In this document: positions 33,282 to 45,843 of the stretch, one piece after another
Layout of the letters: each line of letters begins with the position of its first letter
Position numbering within the stretch: the stretch's first letter is position 1
From: Vitrella brassicaformis CCMP3155
Taxonomy: Eukaryota; Protista; Chromerida
Assembly (NCBI GenBank): GCA_001179505.1
Contig: CDMY01000347.1
Span: forward strand, 1 to 64,000
DNA length: 64,000 bases
Direction of reading: 5' to 3'
The notes under the pieces: model-generated
What the model saw: the letters and a program-made list of their open reading frames with translations, nothing else
The model's database searches: none
What the model was told of the DNA's origin: nothing
Program-made: the position numbers and the translations under genes

Positions 33282-33970
33282 TCTCAGCCGCCGGGCCGCC
33301 GAGAATTTCACAAGCTCGCGCTGTGGCGGATTGGACTCACCAGCGTACTCATCGGCTGCTTGGATGCATCCTTCACAGACCCGACTGGCACTTCACCCAC
33401 CCTCACCCATCAACCATACCTGCCATGCCATGCACACGATTGATTCAAAACGGGAGTGTGTGAGGGGGTCTGTGAGTCGGTCAGCCGCAGTCAGTCACCT
33501 TGCCTTGCCTTCCCTGCCATGTCAGTCAGTCAGTGTGTGGATGATGGAAAAAAGATACCACTCCACCAACATGCACCGCCACGCATGGCATGTATTGTAT
33601 TGCATGGGTGAAGGCATTCATCTCATCTACCCGTCCCAACTGACTGACTGTACGTGTCGATGCATGGCAATGTGCCCCTGGTCTGTCTGTCATGCTGACC
33701 ACACGACGTTGCCGACGATACCATACGAACGCGAAACAGCATGAGTGTGGTTTTGCGGTGCGTTCATTTGACATCGGCAGCTGCGTGAAGCGACACGAGA
33801 GACCAAGGGGCCGGGCCATCCATCCATGCATCATACCATATAATACGCACCAGAAACACATGGGAGAAGCGACACGCCTCCCTCCCCGCCTGGCTACTGA
33901 CTTGACTGCATGGCTAACACAACATACACACCAACTCTCTCCCCAAAGACCGCCTACACTACCTCTCTAT

Positions 33971-36366
33971 CTAGGCAGATTCCTTGGCGCCCTCGCCCCT
34001 CTCAAGCTTCTCCTTCTCTTTCTCCTTCCCGTCGGCCCCCGCTCCCTCCCCATCGGCGGCTGCCGCGCCACCCACCTCAGCGATCAGCTTGATGAGCTTG
34101 CTCTGGTTCTCCGTGCTGTGCACATTCACACGATATTGTGCCAGCTTGGGTGCCCCGCCAGCTGCCGCACCGCCACCGGCACCGCCCTCGCCTTTCTCCT
34201 CCTCTGTGTGTGTCTGCGTCTGTTCGTCGTCGATGGAGGTGAATGCGACGGAGTTGCGGCCCATGAGCATGGCGGGTGTGTGTGGGAGGAGGGGGGCGTT
34301 GAGGAGGATGCGGTAGACGCCCTTCATGCGCACAATCAGCCGACCTTTGCCCGTCTCCTGACCCCACACCAACCAACACATGGCATGGAGAGAAACATAT
34401 CATGTGCACGACATATATCACATTTGTGTGTGTGTGTCTGTGTGGGGTGTGGGTCTGTCTCTCGTTCCTGCCTACCTTGTGTTTGTTGAGGTGCACGAAT
34501 CCCATGCCCCGCTCCTCCCACTTGAGCGACGGCTCCTTCTCCTTCTCGCCGTTGGTGTCCTCCTTGTCTATCTTGTCGGGTGGGGCCTCTTTCTCCCCCT
34601 CTGGCTGCTGCTGCTGCTCCTTGGCCTTTGTGTCGCCGCCCTCCTTGCCCTTGTCCTTGTCCTTGTCTTTGTCCTTGGCGGCCGTCTTGGGCACCAGCTT
34701 GTAGAGGCGGCAGTCAGACTGACGTGCATATGGATGGATGGATGGACAAAGAAGGCATATGCGTGTGTGTTGTGTTGTTCTCCACCGTGCTTACCTTGAA
34801 CAGCGTGACTTCGTTCTCCTCACCACTCAACACTGACACACATCGATGGTATGGGATGACATGGGATGGGATGGAGGACAGACAGCAGACAGGCATCGCA
34901 TCCATCTCCCCGTCCATCATGCATCCATCTGTCTGTCTCGCTCACCCTCGGGTATGGGTTCCTCCGGCTCCTGCGGCTCCTCGGCCCCCTCCTCATCGCC
35001 GCCACCACCGCTCTGACCTACGCCACCCTGCACACACACAGACAGACACAGGCAGACAGACAGACAGACAGACAGGCAGGCAGATAGACAGACAGACAGA
35101 TAGCACATATCGGCGTGTGCGTTTCAGTTCTGCGTATCGGTAGACGATGCGTCATCTGCTGCTCACCGGCATCACGGGTGCAAACAGGGATGTGCCCGTT
35201 GGCTGTGCGCCGAAGAGACCGCCGGACGAGAAGAGATCGCCTGTGGCGGGGGCCGTGGCCGGAGGGCCGAACAAACCACCTGAGTGGATTGACGCCACAC
35301 ACATACATATGCATTCAGAGAAGCTGTGGCGGCATGTGGGTACCTGGCGCGCTTCCCGAGAAGAGGGATGGCTTGTTCGTGCCACCTCCGAAGAGGCCAA
35401 AACTCCCGCCACTCGAGGCCACCTGCACACACCACACCACACCACACCACAAGACAACAGACCACAACACAATAATCGATATCTGCAGATGAGCGAGCGG
35501 CTGGCTGGTTCGGCGCCACGACATAACTAACTAACGTACCGCTCCGAATCCGCCCGACGCTGCGTTGCCGAAGATGGACACTCCCGCGAAGGGGTTCTGC
35601 TTGTCGCCCTCCTCGCCCTTATCCCTGCCCTCCTCCTTGTCGGCTTCCTTGTCGGTGGTATCCTTGTCCTCCCCTTCACACACACACACACACACGCACA
35701 CACACACACGCACACACACACGCACACGCACACGGCACGGACCCCTCGACACCACACATGGTAGGTAGTGCGGTTGTGTGTGTTCTCTCTGTCTGACCTG
35801 GCTCCCTGACGGCACTAGTGGTGGCAGCAGCTGCTGCTGCTCCCCCATCCGCGGTGCTGTCCTTGTCTCCTTGGTGCGGCTCTTCTTTGTCCCCCTCGCC
35901 AGTGCCTTCAGGAGCCGCCGGGGCTGCCGACTGCTGCGGTACAGAACAGCACGGCCGGTAATGACACATATGACACATTAATATGCGTGTGTGCGGGCGG
36001 GGTGTGTTGGGCGTCCACTGACTGACCGGCACATTGCGGTTGTCGTTGCGTCTCACCTTGACTATCCTGCATACACACCCACACCCACACACACGTGCAG
36101 TACATGGATTGGATTCTGTTTGCGGTGCCTGTGCCGGTCGGCTCACTTTCGCCTCGCCAGCACATCGGGTGCGGCCTTTTCGCGCTTGGCGTATGGGTCC
36201 TCGTGCTCCTCCTCCTCCCTCTCATCGTCGCCGCGTGCCACGTCGTCTTTGACCAGCTGGTGCTCCGCTGTCCGCTTCGACTGACGGGCAAAGGCAGGTG
36301 ATGACACAAAAAAGATCAGATGGAAAGCCGTTTCAGTTGTTCTCGCAATTGTTTTCCCCTTACCAT
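33971..36366 (-). CDS. NUP50: NUP50/Nup2-like nucleoporin (N-terminal importin-alpha-binding segment, FG/GLFG repeats, C-terminal Ran-binding domain)
   Basis: M | SKRTAEHQLVKDD...KAAPDVLARRK | IVKVRR; NPF, FG and GLFG repeats; GEENEVTLFK, RLYKL, WEERGMGFVHLNK, GRLIVRMKGVYRILLNAPL (RanBD). Confidence 0.85.
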
Positions 36367-36450
36367 TGCCTCCAATGCACTCCCTGACTCCTCCCTTGCA
36401 AAAGATGAGCTCGCAAATGGGAGCTAAGCTTGCAGGAGAAGCAGGGGAGC

Positions 36451-38953
36451 ATGCCTATCCATTTCTCTGTCGTCGTATCGGTGCTCTCCTTCACCATCTT
36501 CTCATCCGTGCAAAGATCTGCCTCAACGACAATGCTTCGAAGAACGGCATGCAGCGCCGCCCTTTCTGCAGCCGGCACTCATGTGCATCAATGCGCCTTC
36601 GCTGCTGCCAACGCTCCCCTGCTGCTCAGCCGCTCACGCCGCCCCACGACCATCCTACTGCCGCGAAGATGGCAACGGAGGCACTTATCTATGCAGCAGC
36701 CACAGCAGCAGGACCAGGTGGCACCGAGCGCATTGGTCGAGCAGGCGGCCCGCTTCCAATCATCATTCTGCGAAGAGGCTGCCCTCGGCGGTGCGCGGCC
36801 CACCCCTTTGCTCGTTTTGACCAAGAGCAGCTTCCCAAAGTGGCTGCAAGAGCAGTCTGCAGAGCGGCGTGGCTGGCTCAAAAGCTATGACATGGAGAAA
36901 TTCAAGGCTGGGAAGCTGCTGGCCCTGCCGGCCGAGAGGGGAGAGGGAGAGGAGGGTGGCGTGCCGTTCATGTACGTCTTCACGGTGGCTGATCGAAAGA
37001 GTCCGTACGCCTACTCGTCGCTCCCGGGCTCCTTGCCGCCCGCCACCTACGCCCTCCGCTTCCATGGTGAGGAGGTGGGCCCGGACGATCTGTCGACCGC
37101 GGTGCTCTCGTGGTCGCTCGGGGCTTACAAGTACGAGAGATACAAGAAGAAGAAGACAAAGCAGCAGCAGCAGCAGGGGGTGGACAAGCGGCCGGTTTTG
37201 TCGCTGCCTGTGGGGTTTTCGGTCAAGGGTGAGGGCGTCGGTGGGCTGGTGGAGGCGATATACATGGTGCGGGACCTGATCACGACGCCTGCCGAAGACG
37301 TGGGACCCGCACAGCTGCAGGTAGGTAAACAGATATGCGAACAGATTGATGGATGCATCGACGTGTGTGTTGGTGGATGTGTCTATGTGTGTGTGTGTGT
37401 GCAGGAGTGTGTGGAGGCCCTGGCGAGGGAGTGCGGTGCCTCGTCGGTCAGGGCGATCGTGGGCGATGACCTGCTTAAGGAAAACTACCCACAGATACAC
37501 GCTGTGGGGCGTGCAGCGGACCCAGAAAGGTAGACACGCACCACACATGGAATGGGCGTCCACAGATCATCATTCATCAGTATGTGTGTGTCAGGTCTCC
37601 CCGTCTACTGGAGCTGTGCTGGACGAGCCCATCTGCCAACTCGTCCAGCCCACTGGTTGCTCTGGTTGGCAAAGGGGTGTGCTTCGACACGGGCGGGCTC
37701 GACCTGAAGCCTGCAGCAGGTAGGCACAGGCACCTGTGCGTGCGGCGTGCTGTGGCGCACACACACGTGTGGACGACGGATGGCTGTGTTTGTGTGTGGA
37801 TATCTGTAGGTATGCTGACAATGAAGAAAGACATGGGGGGTGCGGCGATAGTGCTGGGGATGGCCAAGGCCATCATGAGCGACCCAAACCCAATGCCCAT
37901 ACGCCTGCGGGTCCTCATCGCAGGTAAGACAGCCAGCCAACGGACGGGCAGGCACAGCTGAGGATGGTGCGATTTCATGTGTGTCATGTCATGTAGCTGT
38001 GGAGAACAGCGTGAGCGGCAACAGCTACCGTCCCGGCGATGTCATCACCGCCAGGAACGGACTTACAACGGAGGTATTGAACACCGACGCCGAAGGCCGC
38101 CTCATCCTTGCCGATGCACTGGTCGACGCAGGTACGGTACCATCCATCCATGCACACAGGGGACGGGCATCACGCACAAATCCCAATCGCCCACACATCA
38201 CCCTCTGTCTGTCTGTGTGTCTGTCTGTCTGCCTGTCTTTGTGCTTTTATGTAGACAGCGAGTCTGACCCGCCAGCATTGATCATCGACTGTGCCACCCT
38301 CACCGGGGCAGCACGAGTGGCGCTGGGCGGTGAGGTGCCTTGCGTCTTCTGCAACGATCCACAAATCGCCAGGACGCTGCAGCAGGTCGGCAACCTCCCC
38401 ATTCCCGCCCCCCATCCACACATGTACTCATGAAGGGTGTTATGTGCAGGTGAGCAGCCGCGTGCGTGACCAGGTGTGGTGGCTGCCATTGTGGAAAGGC
38501 TACGCGCCCCAGATCAAGAGCGACATCGCCGACCTGAAAAACATTGCTGATGGACCCATGGGCGGGTGCGGCCGTGGGGGGCAGGCAGTTCAGGCGTGAA
38601 CGGGTTCTCTCTCTCTCTCTCTCTCTGTTTGTGTGTGTGTGCGAACCTTCCTGCCTGCGTGCCTGCCTGTCTTCAGAGCCATCATAGCGGCTTTGTACCT
38701 CCAGAACTACCTCAGGAAGCCCACCAAACCGACAGAAGAAGTGGACAATACCGGCGAAGACGATGAGGCGAATGGAGAAGAGGGAGAGGAGCTGGTCGAC
38801 GGCCACCCGCCGCGGGAGCAGACCCCCTGGATACACATGGACGTCAACGCCTACAACAACAACGGCAAGCCGGGGAGGCCCAAGGGGGGGGAGGCGCAGG
38901 GCATGAGGGCTCTTCTGGCCTTCCTCAAGGAGCACTTTGGGGATGCGAAATGA
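36451..38953 (+). CDS. M17 leucyl aminopeptidase (PepB-type) with N-terminal targeting extension
   Basis: [96 protein letters not shown]; stop at 38953. Confidence 0.96.
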
Positions 38954-39332
38954 ATGAGGGAGCGAAGTTTCGGGTGCGTTGATTGATTCTGTGGATTCTG
39001 TGACGGTGGTTGACAATGGATGGATGGATGGATGGATGGCACCTGTAGCTATAGGTAAATCCACACATGGGTTCTTGAGAGAGAAACAACAGTTCTGTGT
39101 GCACTGCACACATGACATGGGAGAGGTCCCTACCCGCCATTAACGCCCCCACACACGCACGCGCGCCGCACACGCACTTAGACAGGCAGGCAGGCAGGCA
39201 GGCGAACAGGCAGCACGGACCTCTCTTGCAAGCTTAGGTGTCCATCCATCTATTCATCTTCGGCTAAGTGGCTAGCTACAGCCCTCTCTCCCTCCCTCCC
39301 TCCCTCTGCTCAACACTCAAACAACTCGCCGC

Positions 39333-40001
39333 TCAGCCAAACGTGACTGAATGAAACACACACACGCCAAACGCCACAGACCAAGAGATGCAAACAGTAT
39401 CATGGTTGCGCCGTTCTTTCTGACTCACTAGAGCTCTTGCCGCCAGGTGGGGCGTGCACTCTGCAGTATACAAGAGCCACTTACAATTGGTTGATGGAAT
39501 GCCCTTGTCTGTCCATGCGTTGTGTATGTGCACCATACTTGACGCTGGTCTTGGGTGCCCCGTCCTTGTTCTGCCCCTGCCCCTGCTGCTGCTGCTGCTG
39601 CTGGTCGTCGGGCGCCTGCTGCTGCTGGTTCTGCGGGTTCTGCTGCTCGGGCGGTGGCGGCGCGGGCGGGGCGTCCTCCACCTTCTTGGCAGGCTGCTTC
39701 ACAGAACTCTTGTCTGCACACACAAAGCCAGATAAACACAATGGATGGATGGATGGGCCTGCAGGGCGGGCGTTTGTGTGAAAGATCTGGCCTGCCTGCC
39801 ATGCTGCCTGTCTGTCTGTTGGCCTAGCTAGCTGCATACCATCCCCGCCAATAACTATGGACGTGTTGCCACCTGCAGGCACCACGCCATGGCAACACGG
39901 CCATGTGGATGGATGGATGGATGGGATGACGGCATACCTGGCGGCGCGTGCACCTTGGTGCTGGGCCGCTCCTTCATGAACTGATTGTCCTGAGCATTCA
40001 T
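39333..40001 (-). CDS. Small protein with two SPIRAL1/HN1(Jupiter)-like VHAPPGG motifs, probable microtubule-associated protein
   Basis: MNAQDNQFMKERPSTKVHAPPG | GNTSIVIGG ... Gln/Pro-rich linker ... APKTSVK | VHAPPGGKSS | ITFG* (stop 39333-39335). Confidence 0.75.
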
Positions 40002-40376
40002 CGTCAACACCACCAGACAAAAGGGAGGGAAAAGGGATCGGCGAGCTCTGATTCGCGTAGTAAATTTCGTGGTTCTGGGCGAGCTGGGAGGCGAGGGAGG
40101 CGGCGATGGAGGCATGCACGCCTCCCAGCATCGTAACGAATGCATCAGGTCAACCCACGCTGACATAAAGATGCATTCGAATGCGTTGTGTGCGGTGTAT
40201 ATGCAGGTGCGAGGAGGCTGCCTGGCGCCATCAACACCAGTGAAGCCGTCGACCCGCCGTCCGCGCGCTCCATCCCAACCCCCAGGCCGCCACAAGAGGA
40301 AATCCCGATCGCAGAGGTGAGGAGGAATGTGCCATAGCCACAGGATGCCTGCAGGAGGAGTTGGGACGCATCATGC

Positions 40377-43300
40377 ATGCCACATTGGATGTGTGGATTG
40401 GCTGCATTGCAGCCGATACAGACGGGATGGCTATGGAAGAGGAACGTTCGGAGCGGTCGGTGGAAGCGGCGTTGGGTCATACTCACTGCTGCCGACATCA
40501 TGACCTTCGCCGACCAGGTAGGTCGGGCATCTCATCTCATCTCCACACTCCCACCCAACACACGCACATGAGTGTGCATGTTGTGTCGCTGGTATGTATC
40601 TTCCGTCCCTCCCTGGCTTTGCTTGCTTTGTGTTGCACAGAATCTGATAGCACAGACCCGCTCCCTCTCTCTCAAGCCCACCACACAGACGGTAGCGATC
40701 GAATCGTCGGACCACCATCAGCAGCTCCTGCCGTCGGAGGTTTTGGGTAGCTATGTGGCGGCAGGAGGTGGTGGTGATGATGAAGGCGATGGTGGGCTGC
40801 CTCGCTGCGAGTTTGTGGTTCAGACGGATGATCGCAGTCTGCACCTGGCGGCTGAGAACGAGGAGGAACGGGACTACTGGACCATCGCCATTAGCAACGC
40901 CGGTCGGTCAGTCGTCACGATGATCCACATGGATGGATTGATGCTAATGTGTGTTGTCTGTCTGTGTGCTGCGTGTCAGTTGGGAGGAAGTGGATGGAGG
41001 ATATGCCGCCGACAGGGGCAGCCAAGGAGGGAGGGGAGGGGGAGGGGGGGGCAGAGGAAGAGGGAGAGGGAGAGGGAGAGGCACCAGAGGACCTCCCAAC
41101 CTCACTGCCCCCCGCACCACCACAACACGGCCAACACGATCAGCACGACCACTGTTGCCATCCTCATCCCCCGTCGCTCACCTGCCCCCCGTCAGCACGA
41201 CACACACACAAAGACACAGCCGACCCCCAGCAGCATCAGCAGCACATGGACGCCCTCCTCTCCCCGCGCACCGGCACCGGCATCGGCATCGGCATCGGCA
41301 TCGGCATCGGCATGTCCTTCACGCAGCGCCATGAGGGCCCCCACCCTTACCCTCACCCTCACTCATTCTCCCCCGCGGAAAGCCCGCAGAGGCCGCCGAA
41401 GCCGCACCTCCTGCACCAAAAAAACAACTATAACACGCCCCACTTCGCAGTGCGGCTGGCGGGCGATGAAGAAGCTGGTGGAGAGGGTGGGGATGGTGGC
41501 GAGGGGGTGCGTGAGGGAGGGCTTGTTGATGGGAAGGAGGTCGATTCGGAGGACTCGTTGCTCAACGACGTTGCCGACCATGAGATCGACTCGGCGCTCG
41601 TCATGGCTGCCGAAAGGAGGGGCGAGAGGGAGAGAGACCGGGCGGACAGGTTAGTGAGCAACGGGCATACACAGGGGGGGCGCCCCCCATGCGATGCGTC
41701 CATCCCATTCCTATGTGGCATTAATGTGTGAGTGTGTGCAGGGAGCGTGAGAGAGCCGAGAGGGCCGAGAGCCGTCTGGCCGAGATAGAGGAGACCCGCC
41801 TGCACAACGAACGGACCGTAGAGACCATGGCTGGCGAAATGCGTGTGTTGGCCGAACAAGTGGATCTCCTGCAGAAGGTGCCCTGTCCACCCCTCCCTCA
41901 CACACACACACACACACAGACATGGTTATGGCATTGCTTTCAGACGGTTGACGAGCTTGACGCCGTGCGTAGCGAGAGCGTTCGGCGTGAAGAGGCCCTC
42001 ACGGCTCTGCAGGGGGAGCTGGCGCGGGTCACCGAGGAGAAGGAAAACGTCGAGAGTGCTCTTAGAGGTGAGGGATGAGATTGGGTGTGTTGGATTATCC
42101 ATCCATCCATCCATTTGTTTGTTGTCAGAGCTGGAGGCGTCTTACCGCCATGAGGTGTCTGGCCGCACCAGGGCCGCGGAGGAGCAACACAACGCACAAA
42201 TAGAGCAGCTGGAAGCATCGCTCCAACAGGTACACACACCACACCCGCCCGTAGTATCCGAAGTCTGTGTGTCTGTCTGTCTGTCTGTCTGTGTCCAGGA
42301 GCGTGATCGCGTCACAGCTCTGGAAACCGAACGCCACGAGCTGATCCAGCAACTCGCCAACGACAAGCAAGAGGTACCCCCGCACCCCTCTCTGTGTGTG
42401 CGCCATGTGTCCCATCTGCCTGTGCAATGGTGCGATGCAGTCGGCCTCTCAGCTGTCCTCCCTGCGGGCCTCCCACGCGTCGATGCTCGCATCCTTGGAA
42501 GAGGCCAAGCAGCTGGCGGCCGTGAGGGAGCGGGAGTGCGAGGAGCTGCGTGGGCAGCTCGATGAGCTGCAGGAGAGCGCCGAGGCCTACAGGCTCAGAC
42601 TCGATGACGTGCAGCCCTTCACACAGCAGGTAGGTATAAATGTCATGTGGTTGGCCAGTCGGTCGGTCGCTATGGTGTGTGTTGGGGGTGTGGTGTGGTG
42701 TGTGGATGGATGAATGCTGTTGGTGTGTGAGTGTGTGTGTGTGTGTGCAGTTGTGTGAAGAGAAGACATTGCTCGAGCAAGAGCTGCAGGAGGCGCGCGA
42801 GCGGTGCCAGCAGCTCGACAGAGAAGCGGACGCCATCAACGAAAAGGCAAGCCAGCCAGCCAACCACACCCAACACCGCACCCACCCCGTCTGTATGTGT
42901 CTGTGTCTGTCTACCATATCTGTCAGAGGGAGGCTGCCGAGCTGCGCTACGAGGAGCTTGCGCGCGAGGCCCGTGAGCGGGAGGAGCAGAGCGGCCTGGA
43001 GGTGCATGAGCTGCAGCAGGCCATGCAGCAGATGCAGGAGGAACGGGTCTGCTTATCAGAGGCCCTTCTCAGACATCAAATGCAGGACCGCATTGCCGGG
43101 GTGAGCCGAGCAGCTCGCGTGGCATGTGTGGCTCGTTGATGCATCCGTGTGTGTGCGTGTGTGTGGCCAGGGCGCATTGATGCGTGGAGGGCTAGGGAGT
43201 GGGGGAGGGTTGTTGGGGGCTCAGGTCTGGCCGACTCCCTCTCCCTCTCTCCCGCAGCAGCTGCAACCATCCGCCCCGCCGATAACAGACCAGCTCATCG

Positions 43301-45679
43301 ACCTGCACGAACGGACGTAGCCAACACACACAACACCGACACACAGCTGTGTGCACACATACGTGACGTGAATCGGGTGTGTGGTGTGTTCTCTGGGCAC
43401 TTTCTCTCTGTCTGCCAGGCTGCTGGCGGCACTGCAGGCCGCCCTACAGGAGACCGAGCAGATGCGCACTGCCCGCCGCGGTGCATCGGACCGCCACAGC
43501 CCCCCACCGCCCCCATATGACGCTCTCTCGCCATCGAAGGAGAGCCACGCCGTCACCGCCCCAGCACCACAAGCACCACCTGAAGGCCATCAAGAGCTCA
43601 GCGGGGTGGCCTCTCCGGTTAGGGCCCCCTGTGCCGTGGGTGGTGCTTTGGGTGGCTTGGTCAAGTCACTGACGCCCTCCTCGTTCGCGGATGGCGAGAC
43701 CCAGAGCGACATACACGTCTTCCCATCTTCTCGGCTGATGGTGCCCGTGGTGCCCATGCCCCCCACCGCCGTGACCGCCACAACCAACAGCACCAGCACA
43801 CAGACGGAGAAGGAAGACGCAGCAGAGAAGGAGAGGTGTGTGCCCAGGAGTGTCAATCCGGAGCCTGATCGTCGCCCTCCTGCTGCTGGTGTTGCGGCTG
43901 GTGTTGTGGCTGGGGCGGCGCCATCGACCACCGTGCTGACGCAGGTGCCCTCTGGGAGTGAGGAGATGGAGATGTCTCTCAGCCCGCATGACAATGACGC
44001 CTCCACCGGCACATTCACGCCTCCACCCTCACACCAACACCAGCACCAACAGCAACAGCAGCAATCGGATAACACCAAGACGCAGCAAGAGCCACAGAGA
44101 CAGCCGCAGCCAGCACTGGAGCAGCAGCGGGCGAATGAGAAGCCAGAAGAGCCGGAGGGTGTGGGTGTGGGTGTGGGTGTGGAGGGGGCGGTGGTGGATT
44201 TCCGCACGCCAGACCGACGTCGCTCGCCGACACACACGGCGACGTTCGGGCAGCCGTCGCCCATCAAGGGAGGGGGCGAGGAGAGCCCTGCTGGTGCTGG
44301 CGGGCTGATCGCTCTACTCCCACCTCTGAATAACAATGGCGTCATGCCACGTCAGGTAAGGAGAGAAACATAACATGGGCGAAAGGACAACAGCCGCTTC
44401 CTTATCTTCGTGTCGTGTGGAGCAGGACCGTCCCTGTGGTCATAGTCGTGGTGGCGAGGAGGCCTCCCCTTCCCAGCTGTCGGTCCTCACAGCTGATGCC
44501 GACATCGACCGCTACGCAAAGGACCCCACCGCTCCCCACCAGCCCCCACACCACCACCCAGAGAAGCGGCCACATGTCACGGCAGCCGTCACCCTCGACC
44601 CCTTCGGCGATGACAACTTCGTCATGCCCACGGGCCTCAAGAGACACACCAACACCATGCCCTCTGCCAACAAGCGGCTGTTGGATGGAGAGGGAGGGGG
44701 AGAGGGAGAGGGCAGCCCACCCCCTCCCCCTCCCCCGCCCCCATCGGAGGCAGGCCTCGGCTCCCCCCGTCCAAGTCCCACAGACAGCCTGGCGAGGACG
44801 GCCAGGGGTGTGATTCCCCAGAAGATTCCGCAGTATCATCACACGTACGGCGGCAGCAGCAGGTTCGGAAGGGGCCGTGGTGGTGGTGGTGTGGCGGAGC
44901 TGCCCAAGTCGCCGCAGGAGCTGATGCGCCATAGGCGGTGGGCGGGACAGGCCCATACACATGGGGTCGGAGTGGGGGCGGGGCTGGGGGTGCCCGGCCA
45001 TCCGCACCACCCACACACGCAGCAGCAGCAGCATAGCTACTATGGCATGGCGAGTAGAAGGGGGGGAGGAGGTGAGCAGCAGAGGCGGGGGATGGGCGTG
45101 GGTGTGGGTGTGGTGAGCGATGACGAGAGGGAGCAGGAGGATCTCGTGCAGACCGTACAGGTGCGCTGGAGAAGACATCATCTTTGTAATTAATGCACAC
45201 ACATTGCATTCAATCAGGGTCTGAACGCCATGTGGCGGTCGGTGCTCGAGTCCCACGCCAAGAAGGGCCAGCAGCACCACTTGCTCAACCCTATCACGCG
45301 CACATCGCCCCCAAGACGCCACACTGCCACATCAGGTCAGCCCACCAATGAGCGTCACACAACACAACACAACACAACACAAAACAAGGAGACCGTCCCC
45401 TCCTCTCCTTGTGTGTGCGTGCAGGTGCCGGACGTGTGCACTCGCCATGGCGGTCAAGCTGTTATCGGTCCGTTCCAGCGCCCATGTCGCCCTCTGTTAT
45501 GCGCGGCGGCGGCGGTGGGAGTGGGGGTGCGGGCCCGGGAGGGGAAAGACTGTAGGACGGACGACTGCATACCTGTCTATGTGTATGCGCGTGGCGTGGA
45601 CGTTTGTAAAGGCGTGCTCGTGCGTGTGTGCGTGTGTGGGGATTGTTGTAATTATCCGTCCATTGACTCATTCTCATGA
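40377..45679 (+). CDS. PH-domain protein with long coiled-coil and disordered C-terminus
   Basis: TGWLWKRNVRSGRWKRRWVILT...; CEFVVQTDDRSLHLAAENEEERDYWTIAISNA (PH helix); many heptad exons 41745-43100; Pro/Gln-rich long exons 43420-45160. Termini approximate. Confidence 0.85.
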
Positions 45680-45843
45680 CTGCGGCCGTCAGGACTGTCT
45701 GTCTGTCTGTCTCACTCACAAATATGAATGACATCATGATGTCAACACGAAGAAGCTGGCACGACTCTCTCCTCATACACACGGGCCTCTCTCTCTCTCC
45801 CTCCGACACGCTGTGTCGTTGAGCGTATCTGTCACAATGAATG

